64,000 nt of DNA from Klebsormidium nitens (GCA_000708835.1 DF237051.1:139037-203036); one strand, 5' to 3'. Counted from the first letter of the stretch, positions 12,401 to 25,480 are shown. Notes: a model not told the origin generated them from the sequence alone. Made by a program: numbers and translations.

Positions 12401-13843
12401 AAACCGTTGCAGACCTCATTTCGAGGAGAATTCCGTGGCAAAGAGACGGACAGAATCTTGCTTTTGATTTCAGCATTCGGCTAGCTAAGTCTAGGGGAAG
12501 TCTGTGAGGGCGTTCATTGCATACGCATGTTGGACGCAGTCTCAGCAATCGAAGTTCTGGCTCTGAATACTCATGATCTGTAGGAAACTTCAAACGGAAA
12601 GGGAGCACCTTATTGGAATTCCGACGTGAAATATTGTCCAGATTGAGGGGATATTTTACAAATGAACAACCCTTGCATAGATTCTCTGCAGCATCAGAGA
12701 CCGCAGCATACAAAAGTATGGGAACTTCGTTCCTATAGCCCTAACCCTTGAACAAACTCAGGAAGGAATGCAGTTGGTCTAGCTTTAAAGACAGATTTTC
12801 GAAGCCTTCACGCCAATCAAGCTAACCAGGCAAAACCCCAAGAAGTGTGATCGAGATCGTGAAGTTTCTCCTTGTAACAATCACTGCTGATGACTCCGAA
12901 CAATTTAGCGCAGACCGCTGGAATCCATTGCAAACATGAACCATATCATCTGGATGAAAGAACGTCTAGCAGGGGGTGCTCAACGGTGCTTCCTTCTGAA
13001 AACCTGCTGAACAAAGAAGAGGACAATTCTATGCTCACCTGCACCAAGTGCTGCCAAGACTGAAAGCAAACCCGGATCCGGGTTGCACTTGACCGCGTAG
13101 AAGGGATCCACCCTCGGCATCGCCTCCTTCCACGCCTTGAACAACCGCACCACGAGACCCATGTCAAAGACGTAGAACGGATCCTCCTCGGTGCGCACCG
13201 CCACTACCTTCCGCATGAAAGCAGCGATGTCGTTTTCACTCCCCTCGCCCACGGACCTCGCGCCAAACGCGGCCACTACCGTGGAGACACGTGGATCCTC
13301 CAGGCCTGCCTGCCAGGGGGGCGCCGCGGGGGAGGTTTTGCAGGTGAGCTTGCCCCCCTGGAAGAGAGGCAGTGGCGCCTCCTTGAGGAGCTCTTCGAAT
13401 CCCGTCATGGTACCCGGGAGGAAGGCGACTTCCGGATGGGAGGAGATGATCTGAAAGGGTAACAGGCTTTCCCACGTGCTCTTGGCAGTTTCTTTTGCTG
13501 ACTGCTTGCTCGCAACCCCCTTCCCAGACTTGCCCTTCGGCGCCTTGCTCGCCTTCTTCACAGTCTCAACCTTTTTCACACTCTCGACCGCCTTCTTCCC
13601 AGCAACGACGACCCTAGGAACACCTTTGTTCACCACTGCAGGGCAGCCCTGACCAGGGACGCAGACCCGCTGTCCGGAGAAGTGTGAAAACCCTCCCTGC
13701 CTGCCGAGCGCTGCCCCGAGAGGGCGCGCGCCAAGGCCCGACGCAGGGAATTCACACCTCTTGAACTTGACCCTGCGCGCGCTGCCGTGGCAGCCGCCCG
13801 TGAGGGCTGTGGAACCGGCGGCCTTACGAGCTTGCGAGATCAT
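9438..13843 (-). CDS. ODC: Ornithine decarboxylase (fold-type III PLP enzyme), 5 exons
   Basis: Exons 13843-13039, 12187-11867, 11313-10872, 10254-10130 and 9703-9438 with GT-AG, phase-consistent junctions. Motifs: [11 protein letters not shown] (PLP lysine), [45 protein letters not shown] (catalytic Cys), [15 protein letters not shown]. The start ATG could also be a downstream one (e.g. MTGFEE). Confidence 0.95.
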
Positions 13844-14043
13844 TCTCCGAAGAAGGAGAAGCAGGCCTCATCCCTTGGGGCAGCAGGGAGGCGGTCAGGG
13901 CGCGATCAGTAAAGGACTTTGGGAGGAAGGGAGCAATGCTGTGTGCTACTAATGAGAGCAATGCTGTGTGCTGCTAATGAGAGAAGTACAACAGGAAGAG
14001 CCACTTATGAAGCAGTATAAGCTTTAGGGAGAGAGGGGGCAAT
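13824..14043 (-). promoter_or_regulatory. Candidate ODC 5' leader with upstream ORFs: one AUG uORF overlapping the main start and three AUU codons in CAGC-ATT-G context
   Basis: ATG 13871 to TAA 13824 ([15 protein letters not shown]) overlaps the ODC ATG out of frame. ATT at 13937 (in frame with that uORF), 13962 and 14043 all have -3A and +4G. The transcript start is unknown. Confidence 0.45.
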
Positions 14044-14919
14044 GCTGGAGTCTGCTTAAGAGAGGCGCTGAAGAGGACAAGCCTCGTAAGAGCAGAATGA
14101 GGAATACTACTGTTGCAGACTGCCAGGTCTCCAGCTGTCACCAGATTTCTAAATCCTGTCGAAAGCCATAGGCTAGATCATAGTCAATCATTTCGTGCAG
14201 TATCAGCCGACCACTGGGTTGCGTTCCTGGCTCTGAAGCCACGCTCAGCTCATGCTTCCCAGCGGATCGGACCGTTGGGCAGCTTGAATCGAGATTTGGT
14301 GTGTGTGGCAAAATGATCGAGCCGAGCTGTTGTACTGCAGTGACTACAGTAGTGGCGATGTGGGCAGCTCCAATCTAGGTATACTAGAGCATGCACGGCT
14401 TGGCGGCTCAGTGTGAATCTCATACCTAGTACAAAACACGTCTATATGAAGTCACCTTGTACTCTAAGTGGATAGATGCTGAAATGCTGTGTAAAGTCAG
14501 GGCTACACGTACCGGTAATTCTCTGCTCAACGTACTGGCTTACACAATTATCTTTCCGGCTTGCTGCCTGAGCGCCACTTAGCGCGACTTCATGTGAAGC
14601 AACATGTGGACGCGCGCACAAGCTACCACTCGTGCATTCGCAGCCGTCAGAGGTCTTCCCGAGAATATCCGACGGTCAGTAGAAGTCTGGGTTAATCAGA
14701 AGTAGTTAGAGAAAGCAAACCACGGGTTTGGGTTCTTTCACACCTTCCACGCTTCGTTTCGAACTCTGGCTCGCTCAAATGACGCGGAGCAGTGTGAAAA
14801 CTCCTGATACCTCCTTATGACGATATCCGCTAGGCTCAGCTAGAACTTGAAGAGGAGATCTGGAAAATGGAATGCAGAAGACGACGTACTGGCACAAAAT
14901 TCTTCAAAAGAGCCGTAGA

Positions 14920-17900
14920 ATGGCTGCCTTCTGGCAGTGGAAAGTCGCTGAAGAGCTGGAGTTTCCAGCTGAGTGCATAGTGTTTGAGGACGGTGACGTC
15001 CCTGAGGTGAGAGATATTTCATTCTTTCGGGCTGCTTTTCTAGCAGATGACTTTGTTCAGGACAGTTGTGGTAATCCTGCACTAGCAAGCGGTCCCAGAG
15101 TGTCGTTCTAATCTCGTTGCCAGCATCTTGATTCACAAGATTTGGCTTTCTTCTGGTCCGTTGATCAGGAGCAAGTGTTCCTGCATCTTATGAGGCTGTC
15201 GAATCTGGAAGAGGATTCACACAACCATACACATTGGCCATATAACACTGTCATAATTCTACCTTGGAATCGACAGAATCTAGTCAGTTTCTTTGTTGCT
15301 ACCTATATGCAAAGAGCAGTGCCCCTTTTCATACCTTTCCACTGTGAATTAACACCACCACTCTGCTTCATGCATTGTTTTGTAAGAAAAGTATACTGTG
15401 TAAATCAAATTTGATCCTTGGATGCCTCAGCGATGCACTGGATTTGAGAGAATCTCTTTCTTTTTAAGTGTGGGCCTCAGCATTTGTCAAGGACCCAGGA
15501 ACTTTTGGTCATGCGATCAAGCAAAGGCATGGCAGCCATCTGAGTATCAGCCGCGAACAATGAGCGGTGTGATCCTCACCATGCAAACTTAATTGGAGTA
15601 TGCCCTCCTCTTTGCAGACCGCCACGGCTGATTCTGCAACACTGGCCGACAATCAGATTCTGGGGAGCGAAGTTGCTGGTCTGGGCCGATCAACACAGCA
15701 GTCTGGTGCCGGCCACCTTCAAACAGTCCCCGAGATGGAGAGAGAGGACAGTGCAGAGTCTGTAGGGACCAAGAGCAGCGGACTTGGGGCGATAGCAAGC
15801 GCTGGTCCTGGCATCTTTGACTCGGAGGACTCTGTGAATCTGATGAATGGTGGTCGAGCGTCAAGAGCACAGTTGAAAGAGCCAGTCTCCAGAAGTCAAG
15901 GGCAAGCCAACGGATCAAAAAGTCGCACTTGGGATGAAGACGCCATCCAAACAACGAAGCAACACGGCAGCTCTGGCGATCAGGGTGGACGCGGCTATGA
16001 TGTCAGCAACGAGCATGGAGCAGAGGCGCACAGGCCGAATGGAGATGCCAGCACAAGCAAGCAGCAGAAGGGCCTGCGGTTTGTAGGGGAGGCTGCGAAG
16101 AGCAGGCCCGCGTATAAGTACCTGGTTGATGTGAAAGTACATCATAAGAGTGGACCGCAGGCCGAGAATGGACACAGGCATCCCGACGCGCAGTCTTCGG
16201 ACGAGGACTCGTCGGACACGGGGTCGAATGCCGTCCCTCTCCTGAGAAGGTCCGAAGAGAGCTCGAACCGACCACGGGAGTCGCCGACGTCCCCACTGAT
16301 GCTTGAAAGCCTAAGTGTCCAATCAACAGAGGTCGTTGTTCAGAGCGTAGTCCAAACGGGGGGTCCAAACAGGTCGGAGGACGCAAGCGCGAGTCTCGAG
16401 GGGTGGCGACTGGAACCCTCAAGAGAAGCGGCGGCAGGGCTAGGGGGGAGGGAGAATGGCGATGTCAGCGACTTCGGGGCGGAAGCAAGGCCGGAGGAGA
16501 GCAACTCGGAGAGCGTTCTGAGCCCGTTCCGGGAGGAGAGCACGACCACAGTGGTTCTGAACTCCACGGGGACTTCGACTCTGATGACCGGAGAGACTTC
16601 TGCGGCACAGATGGATGGCCGAGGGAGAGAGGCTGCCGCTGCTGCGGAGCCTTCGGTCAGAGAAGAAGCAGCGGGGTCGTCATGCAAACCCGGCACAAAC
16701 CCGCCTTTAAACCCCCCTCACAGACACAGTAACTTAGCAGCACAACCAGTGACGTCGTCCGGTCAGTCCTCAGCCAACACCGCTGTCCGTGGAACCGAAC
16801 CCCCGCTGCGGGACGAGGGGGAAGCGTCCGCTTCCAAGGCCGGCAGCCACTTGAGCGCCCTGGAAGAGTACCTGGCGAGAAGCGAGGAGTGTGAAGAGGC
16901 CCCGGAAGCTCTGTCAGCGGTCGAGGCTGCCACCGCGATGCGCGAGGCCGTCCGGAGGATGCGCGAGGACGCGGCGCTGCTGGCGCTGCGGCTGTCCGCG
17001 CTGTACGCATCGGACGCGAGCAATCTGAGGCAGACCGCACAGAGCATGGTGCAGCACGTGGTGGGGGCGCAGGCGGAGGTCCAGGTGAGAACATGAAAGT
17101 TTTGGGGTTGGAAGACCGAGGGTCCCGGCGGTATTGTTCGACTTTCCTAGGATGTTGTGCACAGCGCAGGCTGACCATCAACCGAAGTTTGGGGGTCCGA
17201 GCGTTTTGAGACATTATGACGACTTCTGTCCACTTCTTCAGAAATGGAGACAATGTGGTGGTTGAACTCCGTGTGGATCGCTCAGGAGTCCAATGTGGGG
17301 TTCAGTAACTTGAGGAGACGATGCTTAGAAGCAGGTTACAGTCTGAGGGGTAGTTTCGATGAAAGTTTCTGAGTTGGAAAATGAAAGGACCATAAGCTTC
17401 TTGACAAGCCGACTGGGTTGATTTGCGTTCAGTCTGCATCGTGGACTGTTTCCTTATCCTTCAGATCTGGCACCTCTTCCGGGTCCCGAGCCAAGCATGC
17501 TGAAGTGCAAAAAGGGTTAAGCAGTGGATGCTCCGGGATTGCCGTGCTTGCTGTTATAACAGTCCTGGCTGCCAAAGGAACGCAGTGATGTCGGCAGAGC
17601 TTTCTGTTCCCACAGCCAGACGCAGGTCTGCTGCATCGATCCAAGAATACCGGGCGCTCTGTTGCTATCCTCTTCAGTGACCTCGGTCTTTTACATGCAT
17701 GCAGAGATCCTTTAATCATTCCCTGAAAACAGCAGAGGAAACAGGGTCAAGCGCCTCTGCTTAAGGAGACAGGCTTACTCCTTATTGTCCCACTACCTTC
17801 CAAAGAAAAAACTTCAGATGCCAGCGAGCACCACGGTGTAGCGATGCTTTCTCAAAGACACCTTCAACCAACTTCCTTAAAGGCATCTTCTGGACCAAAA

Positions 17901-18610
17901 TTAGCGCCTTCCTTGTCCCGCAGGAAATGCGTTCCGGCTTGGTAGCGATCGAGTCGCAGCGCTTGAGCGTCCGGAACCTCCTCTCGGACGGGCTGCTGTC
18001 CGCCCTCGTCTTTGCCGTTCTGTCCGAATGGCCGAGGTTTCAAGCGTCCGTCATCCACTGGCTAGGAGGTCTGCGCAGCCCTGGTAAGTCACGTTGCTCA
18101 AGAAGTGAGGCGCTGTCTGTTTTACTGAATCCATGTCGAACATCGGTGTCGCCAAGAGGTGTGATTCTATTGCCTTGTTCCAAGAGACGGCGTAGATCGT
18201 GAAGAGTTTTGGGAAGGGAGTGTGAACCACGAAAATTTGTAAGAGGAGATGCGGCATCGAAGAGGGACTTCGAAGGAGGATTCGGAGCTACGCTTTCCCC
18301 ACGGAACCGGATTTGGCCGCTGGCGTTCTCTTTCAAACCATGCACCGGCCTTCAAAGGCCCAGCCAAAGACCTCCGCTTCGAGTGGACGATTGATAGCCC
18401 TTCCACCGACTGAAAGAACTCGTTTCCCGCAGGCGTTTCTCTTTCATGGCCCTGGAGAAGTAAACCGAACTTGGTCCACCCGCTGCCTCCCCGCCTCCCT
18501 CCCAAGAGATGGCCCTGGAGCTGGTCTCTGCTCGTCGCTGTCGCCTTCTTTGGGTATAAGCGCTTGGTCACCTCTTTGCGTCAGGTGAGAGCTTCGGCTA
18601 CTGGCTTTAG
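14920..18610 (+). CDS. Unknown protein: long Ser/Glu/Gly-rich disordered region, then a helical/coiled-coil segment and a hydrophobic C-terminal stretch
   Basis: Proposed exons 14920-15006 (GAG|gtgaga), 15619-17084 (ttgcag|, CAG|gtgaga), 17924-18083 and 18585-18610 (stop TAG), which are phase-consistent. The 498-aa ORF 15600-17096 covers exon 2. No domain recognised. Confidence 0.65.
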
Positions 18611-20701
18611 ATCCGAGTGATTTTGTCTCTGCGTCATGGTGCAAAGCTCATTCTTGAGATTGTGGGATGAAATTTGCCAGTCGGCTTCGTTGGTGGAATT
18701 GACAGGCTGATTGTATGTCGAATTTGAAATACAATCTCTGCGCTCCTCTTTTGAAGTATTTCTCTTGAAGGGCGAGCTTTCAGTTGCGTTGCTTTCTTGT
18801 GCGGAGAATTTGTTTCCGAAGAATGTGAACGAAACGGACCCGCAATGGGTTGCAAACACGGAAATCTTTTGCAAGACAGACACAGGTCAGGGCTTCGGAT
18901 CTGGAGCGTCCGACTGATAATCAATCTCACGTCGTGTCTTTCTTCATGCATCTCCAGGAACAAGCAAGGCGCGCAATGGTGAGGAGTCTTCTTGGCAAGT
19001 GGACCCAGATTGCAGAGCGTTTGGTAATCATGGGTGCGATAGCGGAAAGAGGCTTGGCCAGGACTGAGGTCGCAGGGGAAGAAGCAACAAGACCGTGACG
19101 TGGAGATTGAAGGTTCTGATCTCGTGGGCTCACTCTGCGTTTGCGCTCAGTCCGGAAGCATGAGGTTTGCTGGCCCACAAGAGCGCTGTGGTACCTTTGC
19201 GATGAAGGTGCATCGCGGAACGATAACCGCACTGACAGGGGAATCATACACTGTTGAAAACTTACTGTGCATCGAACAGAGTTGCCTTTGTGGCTGCCCA
19301 ATGAATGCTAGTAGCATGGCGGCCAAACATAAGCCTGTTCGTTAACATTTTGCCCTAGTGAAGTCAACTATTGGCTCAATTGCAGAGGAACTTACATGAA
19401 GGATGACGTATGGTTGTTTGATCGACGCGTAAGTGAACGTGAGCCTCGGAGCGCGAGCTCTGCGAGCTGTTGTTGCCCACATGCATTGGACTCAGGTCAC
19501 GACTCCGAATTTTCAATTTCAAAAATGATCCCGAACCTACAGTAGTCCTCGCATGTGCCACTTACGGCGGAGCTTGACTCCAACCATACCGTACAATACC
19601 ACAGCTAATAATTGAACCTACAGTAGCTAGTGTAAACGATCGTGTTGCCAGCATTGTGCACTACTAACAGTAATGTCCGACCTGCCGCGCCATCTGGCGG
19701 CCCTCTGCATGCATGCCAGCCAGCGCTAAGCCCGTCTGGTCGCCCTATAGGCTTACTGGCATGCGCCCCGGGGCCTGTGCATCATTCTTGAGTGAGCGAA
19801 TGATCCCAAGCGCTCTCGACTCAGTCTTATAAATACTTGTTTGTTGATGCATGATTGGTCGCCCGCCGGCTCACGCCGGAGCATTGCAGGCGAAACTTAC
19901 CGTTGTGGTGCGCGTGTGCACAATTCCGAACTGAGCAGTGACAGCTTCTGATGATGTATGGGGCGAGCTTGCGCGCTGGGTACACCGTGACTGAGTCATG
20001 CATGAGATAAGTAGTAAGTCTATTGCGGACCACGACGTATAAAACTTCTGGAGTTGATCTCGTGCCAGCAGACGTAGCAATCAAGACAAAGTGTCGGTCC
20101 ACGATCTGCAGTTTAAGCAGCCGTTAAAACGGCCGGGCACATCATCACTTGCCAGCTAACTTAGTTGCCCAGTATCTCTTTGCTAATCTAATATTTTTGA
20201 GCGGAGCCGCACTCTCTGCCGCAACGTCCATCACTCAGGCAACACGAAAATTACCACTAATTATGCAAAAGTGAGACTCTTATAAGCATAAGCGCACGCG
20301 GATGATTTCCATGTGATTTGTAGCAGGCAAGTACGTCATGCTAAGCAGACCAAAATTCATGCGAGGCACGCCAATCACGCCAAGCCTCTAGCAGGCAAAC
20401 AGTAACTCTTGGCAACCTTGTCCATTGCATCCATCCTTTTCAGGAACCACAAATTCATGTGGAATCTGACTTCAAAAACTTGCGAGCAAAGGAGTACGAT
20501 TGTCGAAAGTCTATCCCAAATTTCGCTGCGTTATGACGGTTGTATTAAGAGAACCAATTCATTCATCCCACTCACTCGTTCCATCAAACTGCTCTTAGAT
20601 GAACGGATGAATCAGTTGCTAACGAACTCGAACGGTTTCATGGACCCATCTTGGACCGTCCGACGTCGATCGGCGCGAAGAAGCAAGTATTCTTGATAGA
20701 T

Positions 20702-21544
20702 TTACACTGTGAACGTCCAAGCTCGCTTATCATCGCAGTCAAGCACCATGCTCAAAGAGAAGCTCGAACGACGTAATTTGAACGGAACGGCTCCGTTTGC
20801 AAAACTCAACTTCCCTGTGAACTCGAATTCATCGATTGGCGCACTTTCGCCACCTTCTTCATCTTTAAGTTGTATGCGATAACCACACCATGTTATATTC
20901 GACGAATATGGCACGCCGGTGACACTCCCGGGAAAACAAAGATCCGCAAATATCTTGTTGAATCCCTGTGAAAAATCCACAAGTGCGAGCTGCGTATACG
21001 TCTTTCAAAGTTTGCCCAATCTCTTGCAACGCGTACACCGGTTGGAGCAAAACTTGGATCTCTTTGTCGACTGTCATCCCCGGTTTTTCTTCCGGGCTGT
21101 AGGTCCCGTACGCAATCAACACTTCACTCAGCCTTACAAAGATAACAACCCAAGCTCCGGAGTGAAGGTGCCAGTGCTGATGAGTCGATTTTGAGGCTGT
21201 CTCTGGTGCCTGGAAACGTCTCCAAACTAGGGTTTGCATGGGGGTTTTGTTCGGCTCCTTTACCAACCTGGTTCACCCACTGAGCTTCCAGAATGCGCTT
21301 GTACCCGCCCATGGCTTCTACTTCAGCCTCTAGACGCAATTCCTCTTCCGTCAAAGGGATTGTGAAGACTCCAAATGCGGTGCTCCTTTGCAGACCCGTG
21401 AAGCGCCTATTTCCACAATACAGGGTTTTCTTCCGCTGTCACCTCCGCTGAACACGACACGACGGCCCGCAGAAGCGAGAGGGGATCTTGGACGGCCAGC
21501 TTTTGGAGAATCCCAACAAGAGCATCCGCAGGAAGATCATCCAT
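20702..21544 (-). pseudogene. F-box-like array copy 1 (pseudogene)
   Basis: MDDLPADALVGILQKLAVQDPLSLLRAVVSC...NPVLWK* has a premature TAG where the paralogues have GAG. The remaining homology is spread over three frames (ORFs 21124-21354, 20865-21266, 20702-20980). Confidence 0.85.
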
Positions 21545-23066
21545 AGCTCATCAAAGGTATGTGACCTCCAGCTGTTCCAAGGACTAGGCTTTTTACCTGA
21601 GGCGAGGACCTTTCTTAAGTGTCGGAGGACCAAAAAGGGCGGCTTTTTCCTTTTCCTTCCTAAACATGTACATTCATTCATTCCGGCGCGGCTTCGGCGT
21701 CCAGCGCGGCCGCTTTCACAGGGAGCGCTCATCGTCGGCAGTAGGCGCGCTTGCGCGGCGGCGCGTCCTGCTCCGACGCAGGCGAGCGCGATAGCGCGGC
21801 CGCCGTTCCGTCGCCGGGGGTGGGAGCCTAGTCGCGGTACGCGCGCACCCTCGCGGCGAACCTCGACAGCTCGAGTTTTGGACAAAGAACGCCTTCCGAG
21901 ATCAACGTACAGCGGTTTTCCCCATACAGACCAGCTGTCTACTTTAAGGAAAGCGCGGCAGCGCTCGGAATCAATCTTTGGTATCATGATACTGATCAGT
22001 TCGCGAAGTACATGGCTTTCAGCTTGAAATTGAGACGGTTCAGACCTATCAGGATTCAGCCCTAGGGGAGGCGAACATAAGTAGAAGCTTTCTTTGAGAG
22101 AGAAAAATCAGTGCATCTTCTATCAGGCTCCTTCAGGAGACGACAGATTTGCGCCGGGCGTGTGCTCGTCATATTGCAGCTCCACCCCGGAAAGAAGGGT
22201 AGTCAGCAGAATGCCAAACTTGTACATGTGCGAAACCGATTGCTCGCTTGTCAAGGCCTACGAAAGCAAGACGACACAAGGAGTGCATGAATTTGGTTCC
22301 GATGCCAACCGGAAGAGTCACACGAGTGAATTAGGGGTTGATGACAGGAACGAATGTAGTATCACGTATGTCCCTTATCAAAGCAAAGGGTCGACGTACG
22401 TACGTTATATACGCACTCCGCACAGCATGGGCGCGAAGTCAACCGAAGAAGTCCTCACAGTAAGTGGCCCTCACCTGACTAAACTGCTTTGACTTCAGAC
22501 GTAGAAAGTGAACTACTTCGTTTTGTCTCGTGCCAGCATTTGATGAGTCTGAATGTCATTCGCTTGCTGCTCAGCGATTTGCAATAGTACATGCCAGTCA
22601 GCCTTCCAACCTCTGAGGTTTCAGAGGCTTGCACACTGACTGTAGCGCGCGAGTATGTACCGAGCCGCGGGCTTTTGCTTATAATCAAGGAAGCAGATCT
22701 GGTTTAGTATCTGAGGAAAAGGGTCTCCGTCATGAGACGCGTAACGGACTTGCTGACTGGACCAAGTCCTCGGGGACTGCCCAGATTTGCTCATCGCTTA
22801 GAGGCTTACAGAGACTTTTGCCAGCGTCGTCCGTGGCACATTTGAAATCCATATCAACAGCAACTTTGAAATCGAAATGGAAGCATCCGAGTACAAACTC
22901 TGAATGGCACTCTTACTGCGTCACGTTCGGTGGGATCGACAGAGCAGAAGTCCTTCCACACTCCTTCCATATGCACTGTTTCGAATCCTTTTTGAATATG
23001 GTACCAATACCGGTGCTGCCAATAAAACATTTGAACTGCAGACGGTCAGAATTCTGAAAACCTCAA

Positions 23067-23919
23067 CTAGTTGTCAGCATAATTATGCTCTATTACTTCA
23101 AATGTCCAATCTTCATTGTACTTGCAGGTAATCATCGTGTGCGCAGGATTACGGAAGCCAGCTGCGCCTGCGCAGGATACCCTTTCTACTACTACATTTA
23201 GTGTTTCGACTGGCAATTTTCCCGATAACTTCTCCCCAAACTCTACAGATTGAAGGGAAAGTCCCGTGCCAAAGTCGTCTTGATTCACGCGGGCCGGGGG
23301 CACTCCTCTGAACGAAAATGTCTGCAGACATTGAGCCAATTTTTGACTTATTGGCACCCGCACGCCCCTCGGCGTACAGATCTTTTAAAGCCTGCCCTAT
23401 GTCGTTGAACGAGTACAGCGGTTGGAGATGAAGATCGACGATTGTGAGCCCTATCCTTCCCGTTTGTTCGTCCGGGCTGTGAACTCCATATGCCACCAAA
23501 ACTCCAAGCAACCTTACAAGAACAACGAATCTTGAGCTTTGAAGAGAAAGGCGTGTTGAGCTGACGACGCTTGTGCCTCGAAACGACTCCGACTCTCGCT
23601 TTGCTTGAGGGTTTTGTTCAGAGTTTCCAAAAACCTGGTTTGCCCAAGTAGCCTGCAGAACGCACTTGTACCCTCCCAACTTGAAGATTTCTAGTTCAGC
23701 GTCTAGCTTTGCTCCCTCTTCGGATAGGAAAGTCTGCAGAGCCGGGATGCGCTGCTCCTTTGCGGAGCCGTGAAAGGCTTCCTTCCACAAGGCAGGGTTT
23801 CGTTCTCCCGCCGCCTCAAAGGCTTTGCACGACGCGACGGCCCGCAGAAGAGAGAGGGGATCTTGGACCGCCAGCTTTTGGAGGATCTCGACAAGAGCAT
23901 CCGCCGGAAGATCATCCAT
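23067..23919 (-). CDS. F-box-like array copy 2, frameshifted near the C-terminus
   Basis: 256-aa ORF 23149-23919 is clearly paralogous to copies 3 and 4. The homologous tail (GAAGFRNPAHTMITCKYNEDWTFEVIE) lies in another frame (ORF 23067-23363), with the shift near 23185-23205. Confidence 0.8.
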
Positions 23920-24099
23920 AGCTCATCAAATGTATGTGAACTCCAGCTGTTCCAAGGGCTACGGATTCCACCTAAGGTGAGGATCTTTTCTGCTTGCCAC
24001 GATTTCAGTCAGTCCGGCGCGGCTTTGGGTTGCAGCGCGGCCGCTTTTCAGAGGCTGGCGGCTTGTAAATGAGCGCTCACCGTCGCGGCAGAAGTGGTA

Positions 24100-25480
24100 A
24101 TTGCGCAGCTGCGCGTCCTGCGCGGCTCCGACGCAGGCGGGCGCGATAGCGCGGCCGCCGTACGCGTGCTGTTGCCCGCGGTTTGAGAGCCTAGCCGCGG
24201 TGCGCGCGATGTTTGGCCCGCTCGCGGCAAACCTCGAAACCTGGAGTTCCGGACAAGTACGCGTTCCGAGATCTATGTACAGCGGTTTCCCTCATGCAGA
24301 CCAGCTGTCGAATTCCAGGAAACGGCAATCAATCGGGCAGCGCACGGAGTTGATGATTGGTATCGGTTCGTAGAGTCCATCTTCGAAATGAGACGGTTCA
24401 GACCTCTCAAGATTCGACCATTGAAGAGGCGCAGGCTCGTCATACTGTGAGGAAGAAACACCAGTGCATCCTATATCTCCTTCAGGAATCGACTCTTTTC
24501 CGCCCGGCTCGTCATATTGCAGCTCTACCCTAGTGGAAAGAAGGTAGTGCGCGAGTTCTGCGAAAGCGCTCGTTGGCTTGTCAACGGCTACATAGACAAG
24601 ACGACACAAGAAGTGCGTGATTCAGGTTCGGTCGCCTACCGGCAGAGTTGCACAATCGAAACGGTCAATATTGAGAGTAACGAAGACTTATCAAAGCAGA
24701 GGGAGGTACGTTATACTAGTCTAGTATACGCACTCCGCACAGCAGGGGCGCGAAGTCGATCGATGTAATCCTCACATTTACTGGCCCTTACCTGACTGAA
24801 GTGCTTTGATGTCAAACGTAGAAAGCTGTAAGATTCATTTTGTCTCGTGCCGGCGTTTGGTAAGTCTGAATTTCATATGCTTGCTGCTTAGCAATTTCCA
24901 TTACTACAGCTGTTTGCGTCAAACTTGCCATCGGGTTCTGATCTCTCCGAGCATGGTTCCTGATCTTAATGAGCCGTTCGATGTCCCCCTTGTCGTCGAT
25001 CGGACGGCCAAAGACGAGGAACCATGCTCAGAACATTTGAAACCCGATGGCAGGTTTGGCGCAAAGAGCTGTACATGCCAGTCTGCGCCCGTACAACTCT
25101 GAGGCTGTCCGACATCTGCACCGTGACAACGATTGTAGCGCGCGATGCTCACCACGGAAAGTATGTATTGAGCCGCGGGCTTTCGTTTATGATATCAAGA
25201 GCAAAACTGGTGCAAGTATATGAGAAGAATGGTTTCCGTCATGAGACGCGTGATGAACTTGCAGCCCAGACCAAGTCTCAGGGATCGCCCAGATCTGATC
25301 ATCGCTCAGAGGTTAATAGCGACTCTTGGCCCATTAATGCCTTTCTACTATTAGAGTTCAGCAGCAACTTTGAATTCGACACTGGCAGTCGGAGCATACG
25401 AGTCAGAAAGATTTCTGAGCTGCGTTCTCATTGCGTCACGTTCGGGTGAGACAACTTGAAAGCAGTGCGATTCTTCCACA
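24100..25480 (-). pseudogene. Decayed spliced coding sequence ('gene B') in the spacer between F-box copies; homologues at ~21780-22990 and ~26600-27430
   Basis: Amino-acid similarity between spacers (LCRLVYVAVDK..RVELQYDE vs LCRLAFVGLDK..RVELQYDE; DSWSA*GKPLYIDLG vs DSWSVWGKPLYVDLG). A GT donor is positionally conserved at 22474, 24791 and 26879. Multiple stops and indels. Confidence 0.55.

Noticed and set aside
15600-18610. Mid-SUN protein, suggested by LSALEEYL plus coiled-coil plus hydrophobic tail
   Set aside because: No SUN-domain motifs found in any exon.
19530-19630. TA-CAGTAG words (also at ~5625 and ~14345) as Tc1/mariner termini
   Set aside because: No properly oriented partner TIR or extended similarity found by eye.
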